DNA of 64,000 bases, taken from Ascoidea asiatica JCM 7603 (lineage: Eukaryota > Fungi > Ascomycota). The stretch covers positions 845,931 to 909,930 of the forward strand of contig BCKQ01000004.1 of NCBI GenBank assembly GCA_001600695.1, in the 5' to 3' direction. The position numbers and the translations under genes were made by a program. The notes beneath the pieces were generated by a model. It was not told the origin of the DNA and did no database searches. It was given only the letters and a program-made list of their open reading frames with translations. Numbering within the stretch: the stretch's first letter is position 1; the number at the start of each line of letters is the position of its first letter. Shown one piece after another: positions 37,399 to 49,100 of this stretch.

Positions 37399-37750
37399 TT
37401 TAATCTTATTTTCTTCATTCATTATTTCATTCATCATTTCATTTTCATTGTTTGAATTAAATAAATAAAAATAAAACATAAATGAAATAAAATTGTTGTA
37501 GATTATTATTATTATTATTATTTTTATTATTTTTATTATTATTCAAATTACGAGATCCACAATTCTGGTCTCGTCCGTGCTGTTTTGAAATTTCAAAATT
37601 TCCATTTTTTTCAATTTCCACAAAACTTTTTTTTTTAATGAATTTGATGAAATTGATGAAATTTGTAATGGTTTTTTATATTTTAATCCAATTTCCCCCT
37701 AGAAAAATAATCTTTTTTCATATTCAATTCAAATAAAATATCATTTCTTA

Positions 37751-39802
37751 ATGAATAACAATAACTTCATACTAATATTCATATTCTCCATCGCGTTTAG
37801 AGTCTTTTTAACTCTTCAAAACTCGTATATTCATCCAGATGAACATTTTCAAAATTTTCAAATATTAACAAATTTATTTCTTGATTATAATACTTCAAAA
37901 CCATGGGAATTTATATCTTTATATCCTGCAAGAAGTTTTGTACCTTTATTTATATTTTATGGTCCAATTTTCAAATTCATTCAATTCTTTAATATTCAAA
38001 TAACTCCAATTCAATTATTATATTTTTTTAGATTATGGTTCTGTATAATTTCTTGGATTATAATTGATATTTCAGTTATAAAATTATCAATGGCTTTTCA
38101 ATACAATGAAAATGATAAAAAGAAAAATACAAATCAAAATCAAAATCAAAATCCTAAAAGTGAATTGAAAACAAATGAATTTCAAAATAATCTAATTACA
38201 ATCTTTTTCAATTACACAAGTTATATCATCTGGGTCTATCAATCTCATTGTTTTTCAAATAGTTTAGAAACTTTAATTTTATTATTAACATTAATTATTT
38301 TAAATAGAATTAAAATTCAATTAAATATTTTTGAAAAATTAGATAATAATTATAAATTTATTAATAAAAATATACCAAATTTTTATAATTATATGATTTT
38401 TTTAAGTTTCTTAATTTCATTTGGTATATTTAATAGAATAACTTTTTTAACTTTTATTTTCTTACCAATTTTTTATTTATTCAAATATTTAATTAAATTC
38501 AAGAAAATTAAATCTTTTTTACTATTCTCTTTATCATTTTTATTATTTACAACTATTTTTATAATCATAGATACAAAAACTTATTTCTTCTTAGAAAAGA
38601 AATGGAATGAAGAAAATCAAATTATTAAATATAATTCAATCTCAATTAAAGAAGTTTTAACATTAATAAAAGAAAAACTACCATTAAATTTTGAAATCAT
38701 TTTAATAAATCTTGGTAATAAGTTTGAAAAAAATAAAATACTGGAAAAAATATATTCAAAAAATTTAATAATTACACCATTAAATAATTTAATTTATAAT
38801 TTAAATTCAAATAATTTATCAAAACATGGAATTCATAATAGATTCAATCATATTACAGTAAATTTAATTCAAATGATTGGTCCATTATATCCAATTTTTA
38901 TAATCAATTTCTTGAAATTTTTAAATTATATTCTCTTTTCAAAGTTTACAAAAACTAACTTAAAAAAATTTGATATTGAATTAATTGAAAGATTCAAAAT
39001 ATCCTATTTATCAATTTTATCTGGACTATTTTTTTTATCAATTATGCCACATCAAGAATTAAGATTTTTAATACCCTTATTACCATTATTAATGATAATT
39101 ATTAAATTTGATTTTTTTTTTAAATTCAATGAAATTAGTGAAAATAATAAAAAGAGTAAAAAAATGGAATTAAAATATAATAAAAATTTATTAAAACTAT
39201 TATTCAAATTATGGATTTTATTCAATTTTTTCATGGGAATTTTCATGGGAATTTTTCATCAAGGTGGAATTATTTCATCATTAGAATATATTAATGAAAT
39301 TAGTAAGAGTAAAAACATTAACGATAATAATAAATCAATAATTTCAATATGGTGGAGAACGTATTCACCACCAGATTGGATTTTAGGAGATAAGAATTTG
39401 AATATTTTAAAATATGAAGAAATTAAAGAAAATGAAGATAATTTAAATGAGATTATTAATTATGATTATTTGAATAAGATAAATAAAAAAGAGAATATAT
39501 TGATTGATATTATGGGAATTGAGTTAAATAAATTTGAAATTATTCTTAAAAATATTATTGATATTAATGATAAGGATGATAAAGAAATATTATTAATAAT
39601 GCCATTAATGTCATATGAATCTAATTTTAAAAATTTTATGAAAGATAATAAAGATAATAAAGATATAAATGAGTTTATTGAAATAAATGAGATTTGGAGA
39701 GATTATTATCATATTGATTTGGATCATATTGATATAAGATATTATAAGGATATAATTGGAATTGGAATTTATAAAGTTACAAATTTTGTAAATCGAAATT
39801 AA
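37751..39802 (+). CDS. SMP3: GPI mannosyltransferase 4 (PIG-Z, GT22)
   Basis: SYIHPDEHFQ, PWEF...PARS, QSH.FSNSLET, GIFNRITF, NL.KHG.H.R, PHQELRFLIP, HQGG, WWRTYSPP.W, H.DLDH. Confidence 0.95.
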   Translation: MNNNNFILIFIFSIAFRVFLTLQNSYIHPDEHFQNFQILTNLFLDYNTSKPWEFISLYPARSFVPLFIFYGPIFKFIQFFNIQITPIQLLYFFRLWFCIISWIIIDISVIKLSMAFQYNENDKKKNTNQNQNQNPKSELKTNEFQNNLITIFFNYTSYIIWVYQSHCFSNSLETLILLLTLIILNRIKIQLNIFEKLDNNYKFINKNIPNFYNYMIFLSFLISFGIFNRITFLTFIFLPIFYLFKYLIKFKKIKSFLLFSLSFLLFTTIFIIIDTKTYFFLEKKWNEENQIIKYNSISIKEVLTLIKEKLPLNFEIILINLGNKFEKNKILEKIYSKNLIITPLNNLIYNLNSNNLSKHGIHNRFNHITVNLIQMIGPLYPIFIINFLKFLNYILFSKFTKTNLKKFDIELIERFKISYLSILSGLFFLSIMPHQELRFLIPLLPLLMIIIKFDFFFKFNEISENNKKSKKMELKYNKNLLKLLFKLWILFNFFMGIFMGIFHQGGIISSLEYINEISKSKNINDNNKSIISIWWRTYSPPDWILGDKNLNILKYEEIKENEDNLNEIINYDYLNKINKKENILIDIMGIELNKFEIILKNIIDINDKDDKEILLIMPLMSYESNFKNFMKDNKDNKDINEFIEINEIWRDYYHIDLDHIDIRYYKDIIGIGIYKVTNFVNRN

Positions 39803-39952
39803 ATAAATGATTAGTCTATAAGTCTATATAAGAAATAGGAAATAGGAAATAAGATATAATGAATGAGATTATGAGATTATGAGATTATGATATTATGAGA
39901 TTATGAGATTTTGAAATTATGTAATTATGAAATTATGAGAGTATGAAATAAA

Positions 39953-40945
39953 TTATTCAAATTTTATTAAATTTTTATTTTTTTTTAAATTTTGATTATC
40001 AATATCATTATAATGATAAGATTTAAAAAAATCATTTGATTTATTATAAATAACTAATAATATACCACCACCAGGAGTATATCTTACAATTTTTGGAGTA
40101 AAACCTTTAAAAAGAGCTTTTGGACCTTCTTGATTAAGTATTAAATTAAAAGTTTGAAAAAAAGATTTATATTTTAAATTATTATTAAATTGTAAAATTT
40201 GAGAATTATTTAAATTTAAATTTTTATTTAAAATTTCTTGAGATTGAAATCTTGATTTAATTACATCAAATGGAGTACTTAAAGTAGTACCTAAAATACC
40301 ACCAACAGAACCAGAAATTAAATTATTTAACATTTTTTCATTTGAATTATTTGGAATTGGTAAAAGTGAATTAATTTTATAAATTGAACCAAAATAAGCA
40401 GAATTCCAAGTTGAATGTTTTAAAATTGTTGGTTTTAAACCAGTGAAAAATGCTAAAGGACCATTATTAAATAAAATTTTTTTAAAAGTATCAAAAACAC
40501 CATTATATTTTAAATTATTTTTTTTATCTTGTAATTTAATTTTTATTAATTCAAAAGGTACAATAATAAAAGCTTCAGTTGCACCAGCAGTTGCACCAGT
40601 TAAAATTGATAAATTTTGATTCATTTCTTTTAATTTAAAATTTTTTTTATAAAAATTACCCCAAATTTCATTACCAGTAAATTTTATTGCTCTTTTTGGT
40701 GCTTCCATTAAAATTGGAGCATTAATACCTCTATAAATTTTTAAAAAACCTTCATTTTTAATAATTTTTGAAATTGTATCAATTATACCATTATATAAAG
40801 GTTTTTGATTTGGTAAAATAATTTGTAATTGAGATCTTGTTTTAACAACATCTAAAGGATAAGATATACAAATTTCTGTACAACCTGCAATTGCACCAGA
40901 TAAAAATTGATAACGAAATGGTAAAGGTCTATTATCTTTATTCAT
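39953..40945 (-). CDS. Mitochondrial 2-oxodicarboxylate carrier paralog, intronless and diverged
   Basis: PLPF.YQF.SGAIAG, three carrier repeats, MEAPKRA.KF; tandem with the canonical ODC copy. Confidence 0.9.
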   Translation of the reverse strand: MNKDNRPLPFRYQFLSGAIAGCTEICISYPLDVVKTRSQLQIILPNQKPLYNGIIDTISKIIKNEGFLKIYRGINAPILMEAPKRAIKFTGNEIWGNFYKKNFKLKEMNQNLSILTGATAGATEAFIIVPFELIKIKLQDKKNNLKYNGVFDTFKKILFNNGPLAFFTGLKPTILKHSTWNSAYFGSIYKINSLLPIPNNSNEKMLNNLISGSVGGILGTTLSTPFDVIKSRFQSQEILNKNLNLNNSQILQFNNNLKYKSFFQTFNLILNQEGPKALFKGFTPKIVRYTPGGGILLVIYNKSNDFFKSYHYNDIDNQNLKKNKNLIKFE

Positions 40946-41871
40946 TTTTTTTTTTATATTGAATATAGTTTTATTGTTATTTATACTGTGTATGAGAATA
41001 AGATAAAAATTGAATTAGAAGTAATTCATTAATATGATACCGATAAGAGACATTATAAATGATAACAATAGAAAAGAAAGAAAATATATAAAAATATTAG
41101 TAAAAAAGAAAGACTGAATTTAAATAAACCTTTATTTTTCATATAAATTTTCAATATACTTTATTTAGTATGGTTATCCATAATAATAATATAATAGTAA
41201 TAATAATAGTAATGGTAATAAATTTCCCGGTTAATTGATTAACAATACCAAACAAATAATAATAAATAAGTTTAAAGGTGAAAAATTGGAAGAATTCGTG
41301 AAATTTTCAAAGTGTTTTTGGAATTTTTTATCATTTTATCGAGATACAGAAGCAGACCCGGGAAAGTGGCGACGCATGGCAAGCAGAGGGTGCAGAGGGT
41401 GCAGCGGGAAAAAGCAGGGGGTGCAATCCCGGCATCGGATGATTGCGCCCACATGACCATGCACGTGAACACGCAAGTGGAAATTATAGGAGAAACAGCC
41501 GAGATGCAGCTGGCAGTGAAGTGAGAGGGGATTGGGGGACGCAGGTTCCCCGCACTTTGTGTAGACTGGGATGTAGGCTCGGATAAGAGATAAAGAGCGG
41601 AGTTACCCGGGTGGATAGCCCAAAAAAAAAGACCCGGAAACATGGTCTCTGTGTGGTTTTTGTATACTTTTTCAACTTCTTTCGACGATAACTCCTTTGA
41701 AGCGTATTACTTATTTACTTACAGTTGAAACTACAAGGAAATAACAGATACAAAGGAATAAGCTAGTTGTAATCCACTAAAAATCTATTCTAGTTTAATA
41801 AATATATTTTAAAGGTGAAAATGAAGAAGAAGAAGAAGAGAATCTATGGAATGTAAAACTCACGTGTTTCT

Positions 41872-42912
41872 TTACTTCTTGTAATGAATAGATCTGAAGA
41901 AGTCCATGCATTCTGAGAATACAACGAGCAAAACACCTCCACCAGGGCCAAGTCTTAGTACTTTTGGTAAGAATCCTTTATAAAGAGCAAAAAAACCTTC
42001 TTCTTTATAAATTAATTTCAAAGAAGGAATTGTCCAATTATATTTAGGTATAATTCCAGGAATTTTAACAGTATTTTGAATTCTTGATTTAACAACATCA
42101 AAAGATGTATTTAATAAAGTACCAAAAATTCCACCAATTGTACCTGATATTAAATCATTAATTGTTTTTTCTTTTGAATTTTTTGGTATTGGTAAAATTG
42201 TTTTAATTTGATAAATTGTACCAAAATATCCTGAATTCCAAAATATATGTCTATATAATGTACTTTCTAATCCATTATATAATGATAAAATTCCTTCATT
42301 TTTTATAATTTTTTTAAAACAATCAATCATACCATTATATTTTGAAAAATTTTTAGAATCTTGTAATCTAATTTTAATTAATTCAAAAGGTACAACAATA
42401 AAAGCTTCAGTTGCACCTGCACTTGCACCAGTTAAAATTGATAAATTTTGATTCATTTCTTTCATTTTAAAATTTTTTTTATAAAAAATTCCCCAAGAAT
42501 CATTTGCAGCAAATTTTGTTGCTCTTTTTGGTGCCTCCATTAAAATTGGTGCTGAAATTCCTCTATATAATTTACTTGGACCTTCATTTTTAATTATTTT
42601 TTTAAAACAATCAAAAATTCCATTATAATAAGTTTTTGAATTAATTAATTTTTCAGAAACTGAAGTTGAAGTTTTTTGTAATTGAATTCTGGTTTTAACT
42701 ACATCCAATGGATACATCAATATTATTTCTGAAACTCCTGCAATAGCACCAGAAGTAAATTGATAAATAAAAGGTAGCGCTTAATATGTCTTACTATTAG
42801 TATTCTCGTTTCTCTTATCTTGTCTTTTCTTGTCTTCTCTTGTCTTCTCTTGTCTTATTGTATCTCTGTTTTCTTATCATCTATCTCACTTACGTCTTGT
42901 ATCATTGCTCAT
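41872..42912 (-). CDS. ODC1: Mitochondrial 2-oxodicarboxylate carrier (Odc1/Odc2 co-ortholog); exons 42912-42894 and 42779-41872
   Basis: Splicing GTAAGT (42893) to AAG (42780) gives MSNDTRPLPFIYQFTSGAIAGVSE...; MEAPKRATKF, RHIFWN.GYF, PKVLRLGPGGG. Confidence 0.93.
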
Positions 42913-43243
42913 CTTGTCTTACAATTCTTCTATTTCAGTGTTATATCAAGTTATAATTCTGGTTCTATTAGAAATATATCAACCTTCTACAAAACCACCT
43001 TCAGAGCATCAAAAACCTGGTTAAATCCTCCTGGTTTTATATTCTTCTCCTCCTCTTTTTCTATATCTCCAGCCCATTCCTAAATTCTGCTCTCCACTGC
43101 CACCCGTAGCCACTCGCCGCCACTCGCCGCCACAATCCGGCCTTGCTGCGGCTTGTTACGGGTTTATTTTCCCCAGCCATACGCGGCTGATACTCAGTGT
43201 GACTGTAAACCATAGTCAGTTTAATCATCTAATATAATATTAA

Positions 43244-44113
43244 TCATTTATATATCTTATTTTTAATAATATAATCTTTAATTGGTTCAATAATAATTTC
43301 ATTAATATTATCCATTTCATTCAATTTAAATTTATCTCGAATCAAACTTGAAGATATTTTACTTATTTTCTCATTTTCATTCTCAATTATTTTAATATTA
43401 CTTGAATTTAAATTTAAATTTAATTTGAAGTCATTATTTCTAATAGGTTTATTAATATCTTTAATATCATAATCATAATTTAATCTTTTCAAAGTTAATA
43501 ATTCACAATTATTTAAAAATATATTAAATCTTTTATTTAATAAATTTTTTCCATTATAATTGTTATTATAATATTTTAAATCAAATATTCTAATTAATGT
43601 ATCAAAACCAATTAAGAAATAAAATTTATAATTTTTAAATAAATTTGAATTTAAAATTGTTTCAAATTTATTTAAAAATATAGAATCTTTAATTAATCCA
43701 ATATTTATTTCTTTAATTTTATAATTATTATTATTTTCATTAATATAATCTGTAAATAATTTTATCATTTCTAATCTATTTGAATAATTATTAATTAAAA
43801 ATTCATCTTTTTTTAAATCATAATTTTTATTTTTATCTGCATTATTAATAGAAAATAATAATAATAATTTATTTGAAATATTTCCATTTTCATTCTTATT
43901 CTCATTCTTATTCTCATTCTTATTCTCATTCTTTATTAAATTTATTGATTTTTTTATCATTTCATAATGTCCAAAATGTGGTGGATTAAATGATGAATCC
44001 AATATAAATAAATTTCCATAATTTCCATAATTTTCAAAATTTTCACCAACTTTATAAATTATTTCAAATTTACTTTTTGATATTATAAATTCTCTTAATT
44101 TATTTTTAAACAT
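43244..44113 (-). CDS. POF1: Nicotinamide-nucleotide adenylyltransferase, Pof1 type
   Basis: LDSSFNPPH.GH, LLLFSINNADK, FLIGFDTL.RIFD.KYY, ISSS.IR. Confidence 0.9.
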   Translation of the reverse strand: MFKNKLREFIISKSKFEIIYKVGENFENYGNYGNLFILDSSFNPPHFGHYEMIKKSINLIKNENKNENKNENKNENGNISNKLLLLFSINNADKNKNYDLKKDEFLINNYSNRLEMIKLFTDYINENNNNYKIKEINIGLIKDSIFLNKFETILNSNLFKNYKFYFLIGFDTLIRIFDLKYYNNNYNGKNLLNKRFNIFLNNCELLTLKRLNYDYDIKDINKPIRNNDFKLNLNLNSSNIKIIENENEKISKISSSLIRDKFKLNEMDNINEIIIEPIKDYIIKNKIYK

Positions 44114-44259
44114 TTCACTTTTCTTTTATATTCAATCAATATTTTATCAATATTATAATAATTAAAACAACTTTATTTTCATTTTTTAAAGAATTATAAT
44201 AAACATATTATAATATTACAATGTTTTTTATATTTAAAATTTAATATTTTAATCACATG

Positions 44260-45661
44260 TCCGGGATTCTCGGATGCTATCTCGTAAAGCAACTCGAGCA
44301 TTCAAGTTCGCACTGACATGCATGAAGGATAACCTTAATTAACCTTAAGTTTCTTATTTTTTGTTTTTATTTTTCTATATTTGATTGCTATGTTTCATTA
44401 TTTAATTGCTAATTTTTATAGCAATTTAAATATTTGAAATTGAATATTTATTATATGAAAAAATTTATATAAAAAAAGTATTTTCACTTAAAATTTTTTA
44501 ATTATTTTTTTTTATTTAAAATATAAATTTATTTATCATTAATAAATAACTTCAAAATGTCTACTGATACACTTGTGGTTATTGATAATAAAACTTCAAA
44601 TTCAAATTCAAATTCAAATAAAACAGGATTTACATATGATATTGATTTAAAAACTGTTCAATGAAAAAACTCAAAATGCTTATAAATTATAAAATAATGC
44701 TTTACATCCAAATCGTACTTTGAATGATTTAAAAAATTTTAAAAATAGTTTAGAATCCAATGATAAATGTTATTTTTTTACACCAATATTTTATAAAAAT
44801 TAACAAAATAAATTTATTGATTTTCTTAGTTTATTAAATTCTATAATTGAATTTGGTGAAAATTCTTCAAATTCATATGTATTTAAAATTTATATTCATT
44901 CAATTTTAAAAAGTTTTTATTTAAACATAACAAATTTTTATAATAATTTATTAGAATATATTCTTTCAATAATGGAAGGAAGAGCTAATATTTCAAATAT
45001 AGATCAGGATTTACAACAAATTTTTTCTAATTTTTTTTCTACAAATTCATTCCATATAAATTCTGAAATTTTTCAAGATTTCTATTGTTCCAAATTAAGT
45101 TCTTCCTTTAAAGAATTATATCCCAATTTAGATAAATACTCAAAAAAAACTTTCATGAATACTTTAGGTATAATATTTGCACTTGGTAATAATTTACCTA
45201 ATATGTTTGGATGTGATTATTTAATAAAGCTTCAATTTAGTTTTCAAAATTTATTTGATAACATCAATCTTTTAAAAATTGGTAATACAAAATTTTCAAA
45301 TATAGTTGAATCAATAAAAAAAACTGAAATGACAATTAAAGAATTAAAAGAAAATAAAAATGATGTGAAATACTACTATTACAATTATCATAATTCAAAA
45401 TATTTAGGTATGATTGCCATTTCAATAAGTAGATTTAGTTCAAACGTTCAATTAACTTCGGCTTCAAAGTTCGATTATAAAAAGGAATGTTTCTATTTTT
45501 TTCCTTATAACAAAGTTAATAAAATAAAAGATTTGGAGAGTATACTTCGAAAATATGTTCCAGTTCCTTATAAAAGGTCAGATTACACAGAATTACGTAT
45601 TTACGATAAAGAATATTTTCCAATCAATGCTGCTACATTTTTCCGTTATCAAGATTGTTAA
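44260..45661 (+). repeat. Dispersed repeat copy 1: conserved upstream module plus decayed orphan gene
   Basis: Aligns by eye with 53430-54506 (inverted) and 63278-63400. ATG at 44557, disrupted 5' part, intact 229-aa 3' ORF at 44972-45661. Confidence 0.85.
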
Positions 45662-45870
45662 ACCTGTTTTTAGCTAAAAACTATTTAAAATCATTTTTTT
45701 TTATTTGAAATACTTTATACATATTATATAATATGGTTGTTAATTAGGTTAAAGTTAATAAATACCATTTGATTTGTAACTACCCTTCCGTACACTAAGT
45801 AAGACCCTTGTAAAAGCAAAAATGCTATTTCGAGGTTTCCGGCAATGTAGCACGTGCTGTTGCTGTTCTT

Positions 45871-45956
45871 GCGCGAAAAACAGGAAATTAAAAAATGCAT
45901 TTTCGTTATTTTCGTTATTTTCGTGATTTTCGTGATTTTCAAGCCTGCGACGCGTA
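45871..45956. promoter_or_regulatory. MCB/SCB elements upstream of MSH6
   Basis: ACGCGT at 45950-45955, CGCGAAA near 45872, two TTTTCGTG copies. Confidence 0.7.
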
Positions 45957-46138
45957 AAAAGAAAATTGTAAACGATTTCCTTAATATTTTAATGTCTTTT
46001 AATTTATATTTTGATTCAATCTCTAATTGATATTGATATTATAATTATCATATTTGTTTTCAATTCTTACTTTTCTTTACAATTGATTCATTCGTTGCTT
46101 AATATCATTATTTTTATCTTGCATTTCACATTCTCATA

Positions 46139-49100
46139 ATGACTGTCTTGACACCTAAGCGTCGAGGTAATACCAAATTGAATTCTTCAACTACAAAGAG
46201 AAGTATAACTCCAGTATCAAAGAAAAATACTCCAGCATCCAAAAAGAAACAAGCTGATATTTTCAGTTTTTTCTCAAAAGTTCCCTCTAATACTAAATCT
46301 CCTCTATCAAATAATACTGATAGTAACATAAAAAGAGACAAAGAGCAGAAAAAAAAAGTAGTTAAAAATCATATAGTACTAAATGAAGAAGATGAGGAAG
46401 ATAATAATGAAGAAGACGAAGAAGATGATATTGTTCTCTCCTCAAGAACAATTGAGAAATCTCCTTCTAAGAATAAATCCGTTAAATCAATTTTGAAGAA
46501 AACAAAGAATTCTAATTTGAATTCAAATAGTCCTTCCAAAACAAAAATATCTTTTAGCAATAAAGAAAATTTTGAACCTTCAAACTTTAATACCAGTGAT
46601 ATTCAAAGTTCCATGAATCTTGATATTGATTCAGATAAAGAATTGAGTACTTTTAATAATCCAACTCCTGATACTTCTATATGTTTACCAAAATACAAAG
46701 ATTCTCAAATTAAATCAAATAACCATTCAAAAGATTATTCAATCAATCACTCAAATAATAATGAAAATGATGATATTCTGTTATCTAGTCCTTCTAGAAG
46801 ATTACGAAGAAAAATAAATTATTTTGAACTTAGTGATAATGATGATGATTCTAATATACTCAATTCCTCAAATAAAGGAAGAAAAAGAAGAAAGATTAAA
46901 GATTCTGATTCAGAAGAAGATTTTATTCCTGATCCTATGGATTCCGATGATGGATTAGAACAAGAACTTCTGCTTAAAAATATTGAATTGGAATTGAATG
47001 ATGATAATCAAGAGATAGAAAATCTAGATGATATAGATGAGGATGAAGTATTATCAAGCAAAAAAAATTCAAAGTCAAAGAAAACTGGAACTTCTAGATC
47101 AAGTGCATTTTCTGAAAGATTTAAAGCTTCTGAAAATAATAATAATAATAATACACTTAAATTAAAACTGGAAAAAAAATCTCAGTTATTAAAAAATAAA
47201 TGTAAAATATCTCCTCTAAAAGGAAGTCCTAAAAAGTCATTTCAAAAAAATAATGAAGAAAGATATAAATGGTTAATTAATATTCGAGATGCTGAAAAAA
47301 GAGGTATTACAGATCCAGATTATGATCCAAGAACTCTTTTTATTCCTTCTTCTGCTTGGTCATCATTTACTGCTTTTGAAAAACAATATTGGACTATAAA
47401 ATCAAAAATGTATGATTGTATAGTTTTCTTTAAAAAGGGAAAATTTTTTGAATTGTATGAAAAAGATGCACTTCTTGCTCATAATTTATTTGATTTAAAA
47501 TTGGCTGGAAATGGAAGAGCAAATATGCAATTAGCTGGTGTACCTGAAATGTCTTTTGATTATTGGGCTGGAGAATTTATAAGTAAAGGTTATAAAGTAG
47601 CTAAAGTTGATCAAGTCGAAAGTATGTTAGCCAAAGAAATTCGTGAGAGTTCTAAACAGAAAAAAGAAGAAAAAGTTATAAGAAGAGAACTTAGTTGTGT
47701 ATTAACTGGTGGAACATTAACTGAAGAAAGTATGATTAAAAATGATATGGCAACTTATTGTCTTGCAATAAAACAACAAGAAGAATTAGATGGTAGTAAT
47801 ATATTTGGAATATCTTTTGCAGATACTTCTACTGGAATAATAAAACTATTAGAATTTACTGATGATGCCGAATGTACCAGTTTAGAGACTTTAATAAATC
47901 AAATAAAGCCGAAAGAAGTTATTGTATCTAAAGGGAATTTAACTTCTTTAGCAACAAGAATAGTGAAATTCAATTGTTCCCCAAATAGTCTTTGGAATTC
48001 TATCAAAGATGAAGTTGAATTTTGGGATTCTGATAAAACTTTAGAAGAACTCTCTCAAAGTAATTACTTTCACGATAAAAATATAAATGAGAAAAAAAAT
48101 TGGCCTTCCGTTTTAATTGAGTATTCAGAAAATAAACCTCTTGGATTTTCTGCTTTTGGAGCTCTTCTATGGTATTTAAGATCTTTAAAACTTGATGAGA
48201 ATATTTTATCAATAAGAAATATTTCAAAATATAATATTTATGATAATGCAAACTCAAGTTTAATTCTTGATGGGCAAACCCTACAAAATTTAGAAATTTT
48301 TAGAAATTCTTTTGATGGAACTGATAAAGGTTCATTATTCAAGTTTATAAATAGGGCAATGACTGCTTTTGGTAAAAGAAAGTTATCGAATTGGGTTTGT
48401 CATCCACTATTTAACATCAAAGATATTAATGAAAGATTAGATTCTGTTGAATCTTTACTTGATGATGGAAATTTGCGTTCAACAATCACCGAAAATCTTC
48501 GAGTTTTACCTGATCTTGAAAGAATGCTTTCAAGAATTCATTCAGGAAGTCTTTCAATAAAAGATTTTGTGAAAGTTGTCGAAGGTTTTGAATGTATTTC
48601 TAGACTCATTAAATCAATTATTGATGGTTATGAATCTTTCGATAAATTACATGGTTTATTATCAAAGATTTTTTCTCAAATTCCTTCAAATTTACAAAAT
48701 CATATTGAAAATTGGAGTGACGCTTTTGATAGACTTGAAGCTAAAGAAAATGGTAAGCTTATTCCTGAAAAAGGTGTAGAACCAGAATTCGATGAATCTA
48801 TTGAAGCGATGAAAAATCTTGAAGGTGAATTAAATAGGTTATTGAGGAATTACAAAAAAACTTTCAAATGTCAAGAATTGTGTTTTAAAGATTCTGGAAA
48901 AGAAATATTCTTAATTGAGGTACCTACTAAATATGTTAAAAGAATTCCTGATAATTGGACTCAAATGGGCTCAACAGCTAAAGTGAAAAGATATTGGTCT
49001 CCTGAAGTTCGTGATGTAGTTAAAGAATTATTAAAAGTTAGAGAACTTCACAAAGATATTATATCTAATCTTAAAACCAAATTATATGCTAAGTTTGATA

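Noticed and set aside
41235-41675. Four short ORFs in the inter-ODC GC island
   Set aside because: Stop-poor GC-rich promoter sequence, mostly non-ATG starts, no protein features.
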